DNA of 63,319 bases, counting the filler, from Thraustochytrium aureum (Eukaryota), in assembly GCA_012862495.1 (NCBI GenBank). It is 4 parts of 3 records of this genome, joined end to end, with 100 filler letters (N's around TTAATTAATTAA, not from the genome) between each part and the next. Parts side by side here need not be neighbours in the genome. Positions count along the whole stretch, not along the records: positions 1 to 25,769 come from BLSG01000452.1; 3 more parts are not named here. One strand, written 5' to 3'. The position numbers were made by a program, and so were the translations under genes. The notes beneath the pieces are model-generated. The model did no database searches. It saw only the letters and a program-made list of their open reading frames with translations, and was not told the origin of the DNA. Positions 1 to 11,409 of this stretch are shown here, in pieces. Position 1 is the stretch's first letter. Each line of letters starts with the position of its first letter.

Positions 1-1903
1 TCGGACTCGAGCTGCTCCTTCTTGGACTCGTCGATCATGTCCAGAAGAGCCTTGACGTGCGTGCGGACGCGATCGACCTTCTCGCCGAGAGAGGCGCCCT
101 CGGCCCCGTCGTACGTGACCAGGTCGCACGGGACCTGGTACTCGACGAACAGCTCGACGAGGTTTTGCGACAGCTTGATCTCCTTGGTCAGCGCGCCGTT
201 CGGGAGGCCCAGCAAGGCCTCAAGCTGTGGCTTGATCTCCACCACGGCCACGCCAAACAGGGTCGACTCGAGCTGCATGGCCCGCAGCGCGCGAGCGAAC
301 GTCTGCTGCTCGGGCGAAAGCGACTCGATCGCATCGCGAAACGCCTTTGGCGCTGGGAAGCGGGTCCAGCATCAGCGGGATCAGCGCGCTGTCCTTGTTC
401 TGCAGGATGATGGCGTGCTTGGGCGCGAACTCGTCCTTGGCCGCGATCCTGCCAACGAGCAGCACAAAGCTGCTGAACTGCCGCGCGCGGGCCGCGAGGT
501 TGATCCCCGTCGAGGTCGTTGCGGGCCTGCGAACCGGTGGGTCAGGAAGCCGTGCACGTACTGTGGGCCCTTCATTTCGCCTTGGTGGCCGCCGAGAGCG
601 CGAAACGCATTGCAGGCGCCTCGTCGGCGCTGATGCGCCGCACAAATGTGCCGACAGGCTGCGCGCCGTCCTCGGTGTCGGACTCGATCGAGAGCGTGCC
701 CTCCGGCGCAAACCCCTCGCGCTTGATGTCGTAGGAGAAGGGGCGGACCACCTCGCCAGCGAAGAGCTTGCGGTAGTGATAGTCCATGTACTCGGCGACC
801 ATTTGCGGGGTGACCTCCTTGCCGATCGCCTTGACGAGCTGCGCGCGGAGCATGTTCTCGACGTGATCGATGCTGAGCGAAAGCGTTTCCGAGATCAGCG
901 CGAAATGCAAGGTCGTCAAGGCCAGCGCGGCTTCTTGCGAGCTCATCAGCTCGGCACCGGGTGCGTCTGGAGCAGGAAAAGCAGCGCCTGCCTCTTGCAT
1001 GTGCGACAGCACGTCGTTTCGGTACGCCTCCATGAGCTTGTCCATGTCGGCGAGCGAGAGCAGCTCGTTTCGCTGCGACGCCGCCTCGCCGTCAGGACGC
1101 GGTGCAAACAAAGGAATTATCGGCACAAACGCATCTTGGGGCAGGTTTGGTGACGAGAGCCCGAGCTTGTCGCGCTGGAGCTCGAAGACGGTATTGAGTA
1201 GGTGCGTGCGCACCTCGCGGCCCCACCAGTCGAGGGCCGAGGACGCTTCGAGTATCTGATCCACGTCGCGGTTGCGCCGCGGCGTGTGGCAGTCTTTGTG
1301 GGAACGGTCGATCTTGAAGCTCGACTGAGGGTCGGCCATTCGCTTCAGGAATGCGGTCAACTCGCAGTTTTTGGCGGGAAACGCTCGGTGCTGCGGCCGC
1401 GGAGGCTTTTGGACGTCGCCGGTGGTGACGAGCTCCGTGCGCGCCATGCGCCTTTGCAGCTCGATCCCGGCAGCCGCATCGTCCGCGCGATACACGCTGA
1501 CGACGAAGGCGTGTTCGTACGTCCAAAAGTGCTCGATGATCTTGGATCGATACTTGCTTGTGAGCACCTCGCTGTTGCCAGCACTGAGGACGTGCTCGGT
1601 GCTGCTGTCCTCCCAGCGCTCGACGGTCCGCGCAAACGTGCATCGCTCCTCGGCGGCGAACCGGAGCGTCACCACGCTGCCCGCGACGGCCCAAGCGAAA
1701 GCCTGCTCCAGCGGCTGCCCTTCCAGTCCGAGAGCGGCCATCACGGTTCGCAGCGACGCGAGCCCGCCATCCACAGCCCGCTCCACCATCATGAACTTGT
1801 CCGCGTATTCATGCACAGCGTCCTCCATTTTCACCGGGTCGCGCGTGTCATTGAGCACTTTTTGACGCGCTGGCACGCGGCCACCACCTTGTCACGAAAA
1901 TCC
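1..1903 (-). CDS. Conserved protist hypothetical protein, paralog A (start in gap, runs off window, ~4 frameshifts)
   Basis: ORF 572-1876 continues by frame switches near 578, 515 and 345 into MKGPQYVHGFLTHRF, then LAARARQFSSFVLLVGRI..IILQNKD, then AFRDAIESLSPEQQTFARALRAMQLESTLFG..LTKEIKLSQNLVELFVEYQVP. Another shift at the T-run near 1860 restores DFRDKVVAACQRVKKVLNDTRDP, matching paralog B. Confidence 0.75.
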
Positions 1904-2498
1904 NNNNNNNNNNNNNNNNNNNNNNNNNNNNNNNNNNNNNNNNNNNNNNNNNNNNNNNNNNNNNNNNNNNNNNNNNNNNNNNNNNNNNNNNNNNNNNNNN
2001 NNNNNNNNNNNNNNNNNNNNNNNNNNNNNNNNNNNNNNNNNNNNNNNNNNNNNNNNNNNNNNNNNNNNNNNNNNNNNNNNNNNNNNNNNNNNNNNNNNNN
2101 NNNNNNNNNNNNNNNNNNNNNNNNNNNNNNNNNNNNNNNNNNNNNNNNNNNNNNNNNNNNNNNNNNNNNNNNNNNNNNNNNNNNNNNNNNNNNNNNNNNN
2201 NNNNNNNNNNNNNNNNNNNNNNNNNNNNNNNNNNNNNNNNNNNNNNNNNNNNNNNNNNNNNNNNNNNNNNNNNNNNNNNNNNNNNNNNNNNNNNNNNNNN
2301 NNNNNNNNNNNNNNNNNNNNNNNNNNNNNNNNNNNNNNNNNNNNNNNNNNNNNNNNNNNNNNNNNNNNNNNNNNNNNNNNNNNNNNNNNNNNNNNNNNNN
2401 NNNNNNNNNNNNNNNNNNNNNNNNNNNNNNNNNNNNNNNNNNNNNNNNNNNNNNNNNNNNNNNNNNNNNNNNNNNNNNNNNNNNNNNNNNNNNNNNNN

Positions 2499-3550
2499 TT
2501 GACGCAAAGGTGGTAGACTCCTGCGATCGACACGATGTGATTGGTCAGCACACATATCGCCGCTTCCTGCGAGCTCATGAGCTCTGCCTGAACGGAGCCT
2601 GGCTCGGGATAAGTGGTCCCTGCCTCGCGCAGCGCCGTTCGAACATCCTCGGCGTATGCCTCCATGAGCTTGTCCATGTCGGCGTGCGAGACTAGCGCGG
2701 CGCGCTCTTCCCGGTTCGCGCCGCTCGCCTTCGGGGCAAACATGGGAAAGATCGGGACGAACTCGTCCACGGACCTGGCCGGCGCTTCTAGCCCGTGCTT
2801 GTCCCTTTGCAACCCGAAGACCACCAGCTCGAGGTGGCGGCGCACCTTCTCTGCCCAGGATAGCAAGCTAGAGATAACGATGCGCACAGCTTCTACGTCC
2901 CCGTTGCGGCGGGGCGTGTGGCACGACACTCGCGACCGGTCAATCTTGAACGCGCCGCGCATCTTTATCAGTTCGAGCAGCGAGCCGATTCTTGCGTCGA
3001 TCGGCGTGAACGTCTCGCGCGCCGGCCGGGGAGGGTCCTTTGGGTCCACCTTGGTCATCAGCTCAGTTTTGGCGGTGCGTGACTGCAGCTCGAGAGCCCC
3101 AGCCACGTCGTCGCCGCGGTAAACGAGGACGCGGAAAGTGTGCTCAAAGGTCCAAAAGTGCTCGACTATCGTGGTCACCGTCTTGCTCGTGCGCTCGACG
3201 CCCAGAAACTTTGTCACATGCTTGGTCTCCGAGTCCACCTTGCGCTCGACAGTGCGTGCGAATGTGCAGCTCGCTTCTGCGGCGAACCGGAGGGTCACCG
3301 CGCCGTTGTTGTCGGCCCACTTTTGCGCTGTGCTCATCGTGCCTGCCTCCAGTCCGAGCGCTCCGAGCGTGGTGGACAGCGCCATGAGCGTGCTGTTCGT
3401 GGCATGCTCGACCAAGTCAAACTTGTCCGAGTACTCGTGAGCCGAGTCATCGGGGAACACGGGATCGCGTGTGTCGTCCAGCACCTTCTTGACACGTTCA
3501 CACGCCGACCTCATCTTCCTTCGAAACGCCTCATCCTCAAACCGCGCCAT
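2499..3550 (-). CDS. Conserved protist hypothetical protein, paralog B (3' end lost in gap)
   Basis: MARFEDEAFRRKMRSACERVKKVLDDTRDP; shares VTLRFAAE..CTFARTVER, EHFWT, CHTPRRN, FVPI.P.FAP, ADMDKLMEAY and AELMSSQEAA with paralog A. Confidence 0.75.
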
Positions 3551-3606
3551 CTTTCTCCGCTGCCGCTTGCTGGTCCAAGTCGGCCCCTCGCGTTTCCTTG
3601 TCGTTC

Positions 3607-3760
3607 AGCTCTGCTGCTGCCCTGGTGCTGCCCTGGTGCTGCACTGCTCTGCTCTGTTGGGGGTCAGCTGTGCTCTGCTGTGCTCTGCTGTGCTCTGCTC
3701 TGCTCTGCTGTGTTGGGGGTCTGCTGTGCTCTGCTGTGCTGTGCTCCGTGCTGTGCTCCG
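3607..3760. repeat. Degenerate pentanucleotide microsatellite (GCTCT/GCTGT)n
   Basis: Runs such as gctctgctgtgctctgctgtgctctgctctgctctgctgtg just upstream of paralog B. Confidence 0.85.
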
Positions 3761-4226
3761 TTTCAGCGGGAGAACCCCCCTTTTGCTTGTTGGGAACATC
3801 CCTCGCTTCTGAAGATCTTTGGGAGAGTCAGCTTGATTGATGCGGAGGACGAGATGGAACAACTCGATGTGTTCAACGGGCCTCGAGTACCGGTACATGC
3901 TGGCGGGAGGGATCATGATGGGGACAACGCGGTCGGCCAGCGGTGCTCGAGTTGGGTCCCTACTCTACAGCTCTAGCTGGCTTGTATGTACTTGTATTGG
4001 AATAGTACTTACAGTTTTGGTGTTGAGGAATGCCCGCCTTCAGGCTGGCAATCGGGCGATGGAGACTGCGGTTTTGGCGCAGGCCTCCAAGGATCCGGGC
4101 GATGCACCCGGCAAGTCGGCACGGAGCTCTTACTCGCTCCTGCGAGGCCGTTGTGCTCGAGGAATCGGGCTGTTTCGCTTGGCGCCTGGCCTCGGGCGAA
4201 CGCGTCTTGCAGGACGGACCGTGGCG

Positions 4227-5522
4227 TCAAGCTCCTGTGTTGGGGCGCTTGGAGTCCGCCTCGCAGCCGAGCGGCCCGCTCTTGCGCTTGCGCTGGTCCA
4301 TGTACTTTTGCTTGCGCTCCTCCAGCCGCTTGCGCGCGTCGTCCTTGTGCTTCTTGCGGCGCGCTTTGCGGGCCAGCCGCTCCGCGATGATGGCGTCCTT
4401 GTCGGTGATGCTCATGACCGTTCCCTCACTCGAACCTGCGCTACTCGGGTCCCCGCCCTGGTATAGAGCCACGTTCACTTTCTGGTGCCTGTCGTACCAC
4501 GGCCCGTGGTGGCTCTGCTGCGTCATGCAGCTCGGAGCCGCGCAAGCCGCCTCGCCCTCGTGCAAAGCTTTGATCTTCTCGACGCCTTGCCGCATGTAGT
4601 CGACGTACTCGGAGAACCCGACTTCGTCGTCCATCTTGCCAGAGATTGCCTCTCGCAGCTCCGGGTGCGCCGCCAGCGTGCCGTAAAGGATCTTGAACAT
4701 GTGCGCGCGAACCACCTTCTTCGCGTCTGGGAAAGCAGAGGCCATCTCGAGATAGTCGAGCGCCATCGCGGTCGGGGACGGCATTGGCGCCCGCCCGCCG
4801 GCCAGAGCAGGGTTTTCCAAAACAGCCTCGCTGCTCATGACACCGTCAGCGCCTGTCACGGCGAGGCACCGCTCAGCATCAGCAACGGTCCCGATCCCCC
4901 CGTTTGCCAAGACGGGAATACTGACCGCCTCCTTGACCGCCCGGATCGCGGCCCAGTCCGCCGCCCCGGACGCCACCTGCTTTTGCTCTTTGGTGCGCCC
5001 GTGCACCGTCAGCAGCTTGCAGCCGCTGGCCTCGAGCCTCTTGGCCAGCTCGATCGTGCGCTCCAGCTCGGGCAGCAACCGGATCTTGCAAGTCACCGGC
5101 ACGCTCAAGTTGGCCGACAGGTGCGCCACAATGGAGGTCAGCAAGTCGGTTTCCTCGAGCAGGAACGCGCCGTACCGCCCTCGCCGCGCGATGTTTTGTG
5201 GGCAGCCCAAGTTGAGGTCCACCGCGTCGCACCTGTCCTGCACGTGCTTGGCGGCCTCCAGCAGCAGATCCTTGTCGTTGCCGCAAAACTGCACCACTAG
5301 CGGGCGGTCCTCGGCGCAAGTAGTAAACTTCTTCGCGCGATACTCGGGCTGCCGCGCGAACAGCCTCGAGTGCAGCATTGGCGTGTAGCACACCGTTGCT
5401 CCATATTTGCGGCACAGCATCCGAAACGCGAGCTCCGACTGGTCGACCATCGGCGCCACGACCAGCTCGCGCAGTGGCAGCCCGAGCTTGCTCGCCAGCG
5501 CAGTTGGTGTTGACGAGCTCAT
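4227..5522 (-). CDS. DUS1: tRNA-dihydrouridine synthase (DUS1-like)
   Basis: Motifs VAPMVDQSELAFRMLCRKYG, YTPMLH, DRPLVVQFCGND, DLNLGCPQNIARRGRYGAFL, VTCKIR, LTVHGRT, ANGGI, ADGVMSSE. Likely start ATG at 5522; the upstream ORF extension is not credible. Confidence 0.93.
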   Translation of the reverse strand: MSSSTPTALASKLGLPLRELVVAPMVDQSELAFRMLCRKYGATVCYTPMLHSRLFARQPEYRAKKFTTCAEDRPLVVQFCGNDKDLLLEAAKHVQDRCDAVDLNLGCPQNIARRGRYGAFLLEETDLLTSIVAHLSANLSVPVTCKIRLLPELERTIELAKRLEASGCKLLTVHGRTKEQKQVASGAADWAAIRAVKEAVSIPVLANGGIGTVADAERCLAVTGADGVMSSEAVLENPALAGGRAPMPSPTAMALDYLEMASAFPDAKKVVRAHMFKILYGTLAAHPELREAISGKMDDEVGFSEYVDYMRQGVEKIKALHEGEAACAAPSCMTQQSHHGPWYDRHQKVNVALYQGGDPSSAGSSEGTVMSITDKDAIIAERLARKARRKKHKDDARKRLEERKQKYMDQRKRKSGPLGCEADSKRPNTGA

Positions 5523-7321
5523 TGCCGCAACCAAGCACTCGCGCCACCTGGCGTCAATGGCGCAGCGCCAGCACCGCGACGCCCGCTCCGCAACGCCCGC
5601 AACTACTCTAGAGCCTCGTGCGAGTACCGCGGGATCCGGGCGGGAGAGCGCGACTCCAACTGCGCTCGGCTTCGAGCGCACGCTTTTCGACGCTTTCGGG
5701 GACTGGTTGGTGGCGAGACTAACGAGTTGTTCCCGCGTTTTCACGCTCGCTCTCATGCAGGCTGTCGCTCGACGGCCCTTCGCCCACAGAATGGCCGTGC
5801 AACACGCGAGCCACTCTGGCGCTCGCCGTGCTGGGGCAGCCGTCGTCGCCTTCGAGCAAGGCTGCCTCGTGGCGGATTGCGGACGCCTTTTTGCTTTTCG
5901 CCACCGCGCGCGCGCAGCTGCATCTCGAGGAACACAGCGCAAGCAAAGCCGGAGCAGGCTGGCGCAAGAGCCCGAGCACGGCACGCTGCTTCCAGCTCGC
6001 AGCTCGCAGCTGCGGCTTCGGTCTTCACGAGACAAACTACCCAAGAATGCATGCATTCTGGGCATGCAGCAGCTCATGCAAAGGAGCAACCAGCACGGGC
6101 CCTCACTTCGCGGCCTCCAAGGCAACCTGGCGCGCCGATTCGCCGCTTGGCTACGGTCATCAGGCGCGGGTGCTCATCAGCGAAGCGCCTGCGTCACCCA
6201 GCATCTCCTACCGGCACTCGACCCTTCACCGCTGGTGATGGCAAGGACCCTCCTTGATGATGAGAACTTGCGCACGTAAGTACTCTACTCTACATGAGAA
6301 GTGAGCTTCCGAGTCGACTGTTGTGGCTGTCCGAGTGCGCGCATGCAGTGTGTCTCTCCGTCCACGTCCATGAGAGCTTGGCTTGCTTGCGCCCGGCAAA
6401 CATCCCCGCGTCGGCTGATCGGGCTCGCCCGCACGATCACGGGACCACCAGCCAGCCGCTGCGCTCCTTCAGCTGGGCTTTCTTGTTGATCAAAGAAAAG
6501 AGATTGGCCGCAGACGGCGGGGACCGCGCGGCGCTGCCGCTTGTCGAGTTGGACGCTGCCGCGCTGGTCCGTGTTGCACTCTGATCGATCATTCACATTC
6601 ATCACCGGGTCGTAGGAAGATTGTGCTCTGCCAAGTTGTGCAACGTGACCGGGCTGGGCCACAAAACGCTCGAGCCCCAGACACCAATCGCCTCCCGCAG
6701 CAGGACCAGCAGGACCAGGACCAGGAGGTCTAGCGAGGCAGACCGCGTTCGCGTTGACGCGCAAAGGCCGAGGAACGAACGCGGCCGCACCGGGCCGAGA
6801 TCGAGCTNNNNNNNNNNNNNNNNNNNNNNNNNNNNNNNNNNNNNNNNNNNNNNNNNNNNNNNNNNNNNNNNNNNNNNNNNNNNNNNNNNNNNNNNNNNNN
6901 NNNNNNNNNNNNNNNNNNNNNNNNNNNNNNNNNNNNNNNNNNNNNNNNNNNNNNNNNNNNNNNNNNNNNNNNNNNNNNNNNNNNNNNNNNNNNNNNNNNN
7001 NNNNNNNNNNNNNNNNNNNNNNNNNNNNNNNNNNNNNNNNNNNNNNNNNNNNNNNNNNNNNNNNNNNNNNNNNNNNNNNNNNNNNNNNNNNNNNNNNNNN
7101 NNNNNNNNNNNNNNNNNNNNNNNNNNNNNNNNNNNNNNNNNNNNNNNNNNNNNNNNNNNNNNNNNNNNNNNNNNNNNNNNNNNNNNNNNNNNNNNNNNNN
7201 NNNNNNNNNNNNNNNNNNNNNNNNNNNNNNNNNNNNNNNNNNNNNNNNNNNNNNNNNNNNNNNNNNNNNNNNNNNNNNNNNNNNNNNNNNNNNNNNNNNN
7301 NNNNNNNNNNNNNNNNNNNNN

Positions 7322-7738
7322 TTTCTAGCTCGGACTCGTTCGCCATGATCCGCGGCGCGCACGTCGACCTCACCGTCCTCGGCGCCCTCCAGGTTGCCGA
7401 GAACGGCGACCTCGCAAACTGGATCATCCCCGGCAAGATGGTCAAGGGCATGGGCGGCGCCATGGACCTCGTCTCCTCCGGCACGCGCGTCGTCGTTACC
7501 ATGGAGCACACCGCCAAGGGCGGCTCGCACAAGCTGTTGCAGGCCTGCACGCTCCCCTCTCACCGGCCGCAGCGTCGTGGACCGCCTCATTACAGAGCTC
7601 GCCGTGTTCGACTTTGACAAGCCCACGGGGACCATGAAGCTCGTTGAGATCGCGCCTGGCGTCAGCCTCGAGGACGTCAAGGCGGCGACCAGCGCCCGCT
7701 ACTCGGTCGCGGACGACCTGCGCCCCATGCAAGGCTAA
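7322..7738 (+). CDS. OXCT1: Succinyl-CoA:3-ketoacid CoA transferase (SCOT), C-terminal/beta part; 5' in gap; frameshift near 7556
   Basis: [54 protein letters not shown], then after removing one extra [37 protein letters not shown]. Confidence 0.92.
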
Positions 7739-7974
7739 ACTGAACGGAAGAGCTTGCGGGGAGACCGCTCGCTCCACCGCCAACCTCATCATCCAAAAAC
7801 TTATTTTTCACGCCGGCCCCACCTTGTGCGAGTGCGAGCGCGCGTCGCCAGGACGCACCAGGGGACCGACGGCAGCAGCAGTCGCAGTTGCACGGGCTGC
7901 ATCGTTGCCCAACGAGTCCACTCCGGCAGGTGACCTCGCGCGCAAGCCTGCAGGCCCTTGCATGCCAACCGACG

Positions 7975-8127
7975 CACGTCATCTGAGGGTTCCACGTCAC
8001 GTCACATTCTGGAACGTGTACGTCACACCGGGGCACGCGTGCCGCCGCTTCTGCCGAACGTCACTTCAAAATCAAAGTGACGTAAGCCGACGTAAACGCC
8101 TCGTCACATACACCCCAAGAGTGACGA
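7975..8127. promoter_or_regulatory. Cluster of ACGTCA/TGACGT (CRE/bZIP-type) motifs upstream of heme oxygenase
   Basis: ACGTCA at 7976, 7994, 7999, 8020 and 8058; TGACGT at 8078; TCGTCAC at 8101; GTGACGA at 8121. Lies ~260-410 bp 5' of the ATG at 8385. Confidence 0.55.
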
Positions 8128-8384
8128 GGCGGGGAAAACGCTCGGGATTCGTTGTTGAGCGTACGCTGGCACGAGCGCAAAGGCGGCAGAGACGCAGCGC
8201 GCGAGCAACGGACCGCCCGACCTCTCGGGAGCCCAACGAGGAGCGGCAGATCCCCTTCCTTGAGCGAGCTCAGGAGCGTTTTGGTCAGGCAGGGCTCGAC
8301 TTGACGGGCGTCTCGTGAGCGAGCTTGGCTGTTGGCAGTGCGCCTTCTGGGGCGTCGTCGGAGGTGTCGGTCGGGTGGGAGGAA

Positions 8385-9848
8385 ATGGCGCCTGAAAACG
8401 GGGCCTCTGCGATGCGCGAGGCCAAGGACCTCTGCCCGGTGTTTCAAGGACGCACGGCGCAGGCGGGCGAGGCCGACGGGGAGAATGCAAATCCGAACGC
8501 CTGCCCCTACTCGAAGGTGCCCAACGCCAAGCAGATGGCGCTGGACAAGTGCCCGGCGTTTAACGGTGCTGGTGCAGCTGCGGCTGCGGCTGCGGGCGCC
8601 TCGAAAGCGGATGCCGCAAAGGCGGCGACTTGCCCCTTCAAGGAGTGCGAGTCGATCGACCAAGTGCGCGAGAAGCTGAGCCAAGTTCCCGTGTCGCACC
8701 GGCCCGGCGGGCTCCGGCCCGGGCCAAGAGGCGCGCCAAGCCTTCACCGAAGTGATGGCGGGCATCCACCAAGTCTCAAAGCGCGAGTCGGCTGCTGTGG
8801 GTGCCTGCCCCACATTTGCCCAGAGCTGCCCCTTTAAAGACGTCACACCCGCCGATGACAAGGACGTGCCGCTCATGGACCCCGTCTTGTTCGGGCTGCG
8901 GCTCAGACGCACCTCGAGTGAGGAAAGCGGGCCCGCCCAGGCGTCTGTGGCGGCCGAGGAGCAGACTGCAGTCCTCCCGCTGTCAAAGGCGCTGAAAGAG
9001 CGCACGAAGAAGGTGCACCGGGAGGCGGAGAACGTCGAGTTTGTCCGCGCCTTCATCAAGGGCAAGGTGCAGCGCCCCGTGTACCGCGAGCTCCTCGTCA
9101 AGCTCTTCCTCGTCTACAAGGCCCTCGAGCGCGAGTGGGACGCGCTTTGTGAGTCCACAAGCGAGATCCCGGCGGTCACGGCCCTGCGGGCGCTGTGGTT
9201 CCCGGCCGTGCTCAACCGGACAAAGACGCTCGAGCAGGACCTCGAGTTTTTCTACGGACCCGAGTGGCGCTCGCTCGACGCTATCACGACGCCCTCCCCG
9301 GCGACGCTCGAGTATGTTGCCCGCGTGGAGGAGCTCGCCAAGAATGACCCCCTCCTGCTCCTTGCTCACGCCTACACGCGGTACCTCGGTGACCTGAGCG
9401 GCGGCCAAACGCTCAAGCGGGTCGCCATCAAGGCCATGGGGCTCCCCGTTTCAGGCGAGGGCACCACGTTCTACACGTTTCCGGCTATCGAGTCGGCCAA
9501 GGCGTTCAAAAACGAGTACCGCTCCAAGATGGACGGCCTCGCGCTCCACGAAGAAGAGGTGGACCGCCTCGTTGAGGAGGCCAAGCTTGCGTTCCGCCTC
9601 AACATCGGCCTTTTCTTCGAGATGGACAACATCTGCGGCTTTCAGCAGCCCAAGCCAGCGGCGCCAAAGCCGGAGAAGACAGCGCCGGGCTGCCCCTTTG
9701 CCAGGCTCACGTCGCTCGCGAATGAGACTCTGCGCGAGGACCGTGCGGCAGCCCCGCCGCCGGGAGCTGTGTTGCCGTTTCCCCGCGACCAGCTCGTGTC
9801 CTGATTGCCTTGCTGGCGATGGTTGCGGCCATGTTCTTTCCCCGCTGA
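8385..9848 (+). CDS. HMOX: Heme oxygenase with CP-motif-rich N-terminal extension and probable C-terminal membrane anchor (frameshifts near 8710 and 9753)
   Basis: LKERTKKVHREAEN (proximal His), LNRTKTLEQDLEFFYG, HAYTRYLGDLSGGQ signature, FKNEYRSKMD, EEAKLAFRLNI. Adding one C at gcccc (~9753) gives ..PARVLIALLAMVAAMFFPR* (stop 9846-9848). Confidence 0.9.
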
Positions 9849-11409
9849 GGGACCCTCGCCCGGCTCGCCCGCTGTGGCCCAGTTCGGAGGCTTGAATTCC
9901 TGCGGACGCCGTCCTTCTGTAGATAGATGAGCTCGCCTGCAACCAAACCCCTTTTCTCAAGCGCCGCCGTGAGGCTCCTGCTTCGGCTCGGCTCATGGGA
10001 CTCCGCAAGGCGCGGCCCCTCGGCATCCCGGGGGGAACGCCGCCCGTCCGAGCCATGCCAGGCAACTGCTCCGCCCCGCGCATCATGCATGCCGTCTCTG
10101 CCGTTCTCGCCGACACGGGCCACGAGCAGCGCCTTCGAGGTGGTCAAGTTGCTCGGGCCGCGAAACTCCACTACGGCAATGCCGGCCGCCAATGCGTGGC
10201 CCAGCGCGTGGCGAGCCTCCTGGCCGGCCATCTGGGCGGCAGCGGGCTCCCAGGCCAATGCCGGCAGGCCAGGCATCGATCGACACTGGGCAGAGGCGGG
10301 CAGGCCCTGCGGCCGTCCGCCCGCACGTCACATAAGGGCAATTTGTTACGTAGGTTGCGCGAGGGGTTGCCGCAGGTGCGCGGCCGCGGCAGACCCCCGT
10401 CGAGGAGGCGGTGCGGGCGCGCAGGCTGCCGGGGAGGCGCGCGCGCAACAGTGCGAGAGNNNNNNNNNNNNNNNNNNNNNNNNNNNNNNNNNNNNNNNNN
10501 NNNNNNNNNNNNNNNNNNNNNNNNNNNNNNNNNNNNNNNNNNNNNNNNNNNNNNNNNNNNNNNNNNNNNNNNNNNNNNNNNNNNNNNNNNNNNNNNNNNN
10601 NNNNNNNNNNNNNNNNNNNNNNNNNNNNNNNNNNNNNNNNNNNNNNNNNNNNNNNNNNNNNNNNNNNNNNNNNNNNNNNNNNNNNNNNNNNNNNNNNNNN
10701 NNNNNNNNNNNNNNNNNNNNNNNNNNNNNNNNNNNNNNNNNNNNNNNNNNNNNNNNNNNNNNNNNNNNNNNNNNNNNNNNNNNNNNNNNNNNNNNNNNNN
10801 NNNNNNNNNNNNNNNNNNNNNNNNNNNNNNNNNNNNNNNNNNNNNNNNNNNNNNNNNNNNNNNNNNNNNNNNNNNNNNNNNNNNNNNNNNNNNNNNNNNN
10901 NNNNNNNNNNNNNNNNNNNNNNNNNNNNNNNNNNNNNNNNNNNNNNNNNNNNNNNNNNNNNNNNNNNNNNNNNNNNNNNNNNNNNNNNNNNNNNNNNNNN
11001 NNNNNNNNNNNNNNNNNNNNNNNNNNNNNNNNNNNNNNNNNNNNNNNNNNNNNNNNNNNNNNNNNNNNNNNNNNNNNNNNNNNNNNNNNNNNNNNNNNNN
11101 NNNNNNNNNNNNNNNNNNNNNNNNNNNNNNNNNNNNNNNNNNNNNNNNNNNNNNNNNNNNNNNNNNNNNNNNNNNNNNNNNNNNNNNNNNNNNNNNNNNN
11201 NNNNNNNNNNNNNNNNNNNNNNNNNNNNNNNNNNNNNNNNNNNNNNNNNNNNNNNNNNNNNNNNNNNNNNNNNNNNNNNNNNNNNNNNNNNNNNNNNNNN
11301 NNNNNNNNNNNNNNNNNNNNNNNNNNNNNNNNNNNNNNNNNNNNNNNNNNNNNNNNNNNNNNNNNNNNNNNNNNNNNNNNNNNNNNNNNNNNNNNNNNNN
11401 NNNNNNNNC

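Noticed and set aside
5523..6125. 200-aa N-terminal extension of the DUS1 ORF
   Set aside because: Non-ATG start and Arg/Ala/Cys-rich noise typical of GC-rich DNA; homology begins near 5522.
6285..6807. Minus-strand ORF fragment (..MNVNDRSECNTDQ..TSHVE)
   Set aside because: No recognisable motif. It could be a gene end from the gap, but I cannot support that.
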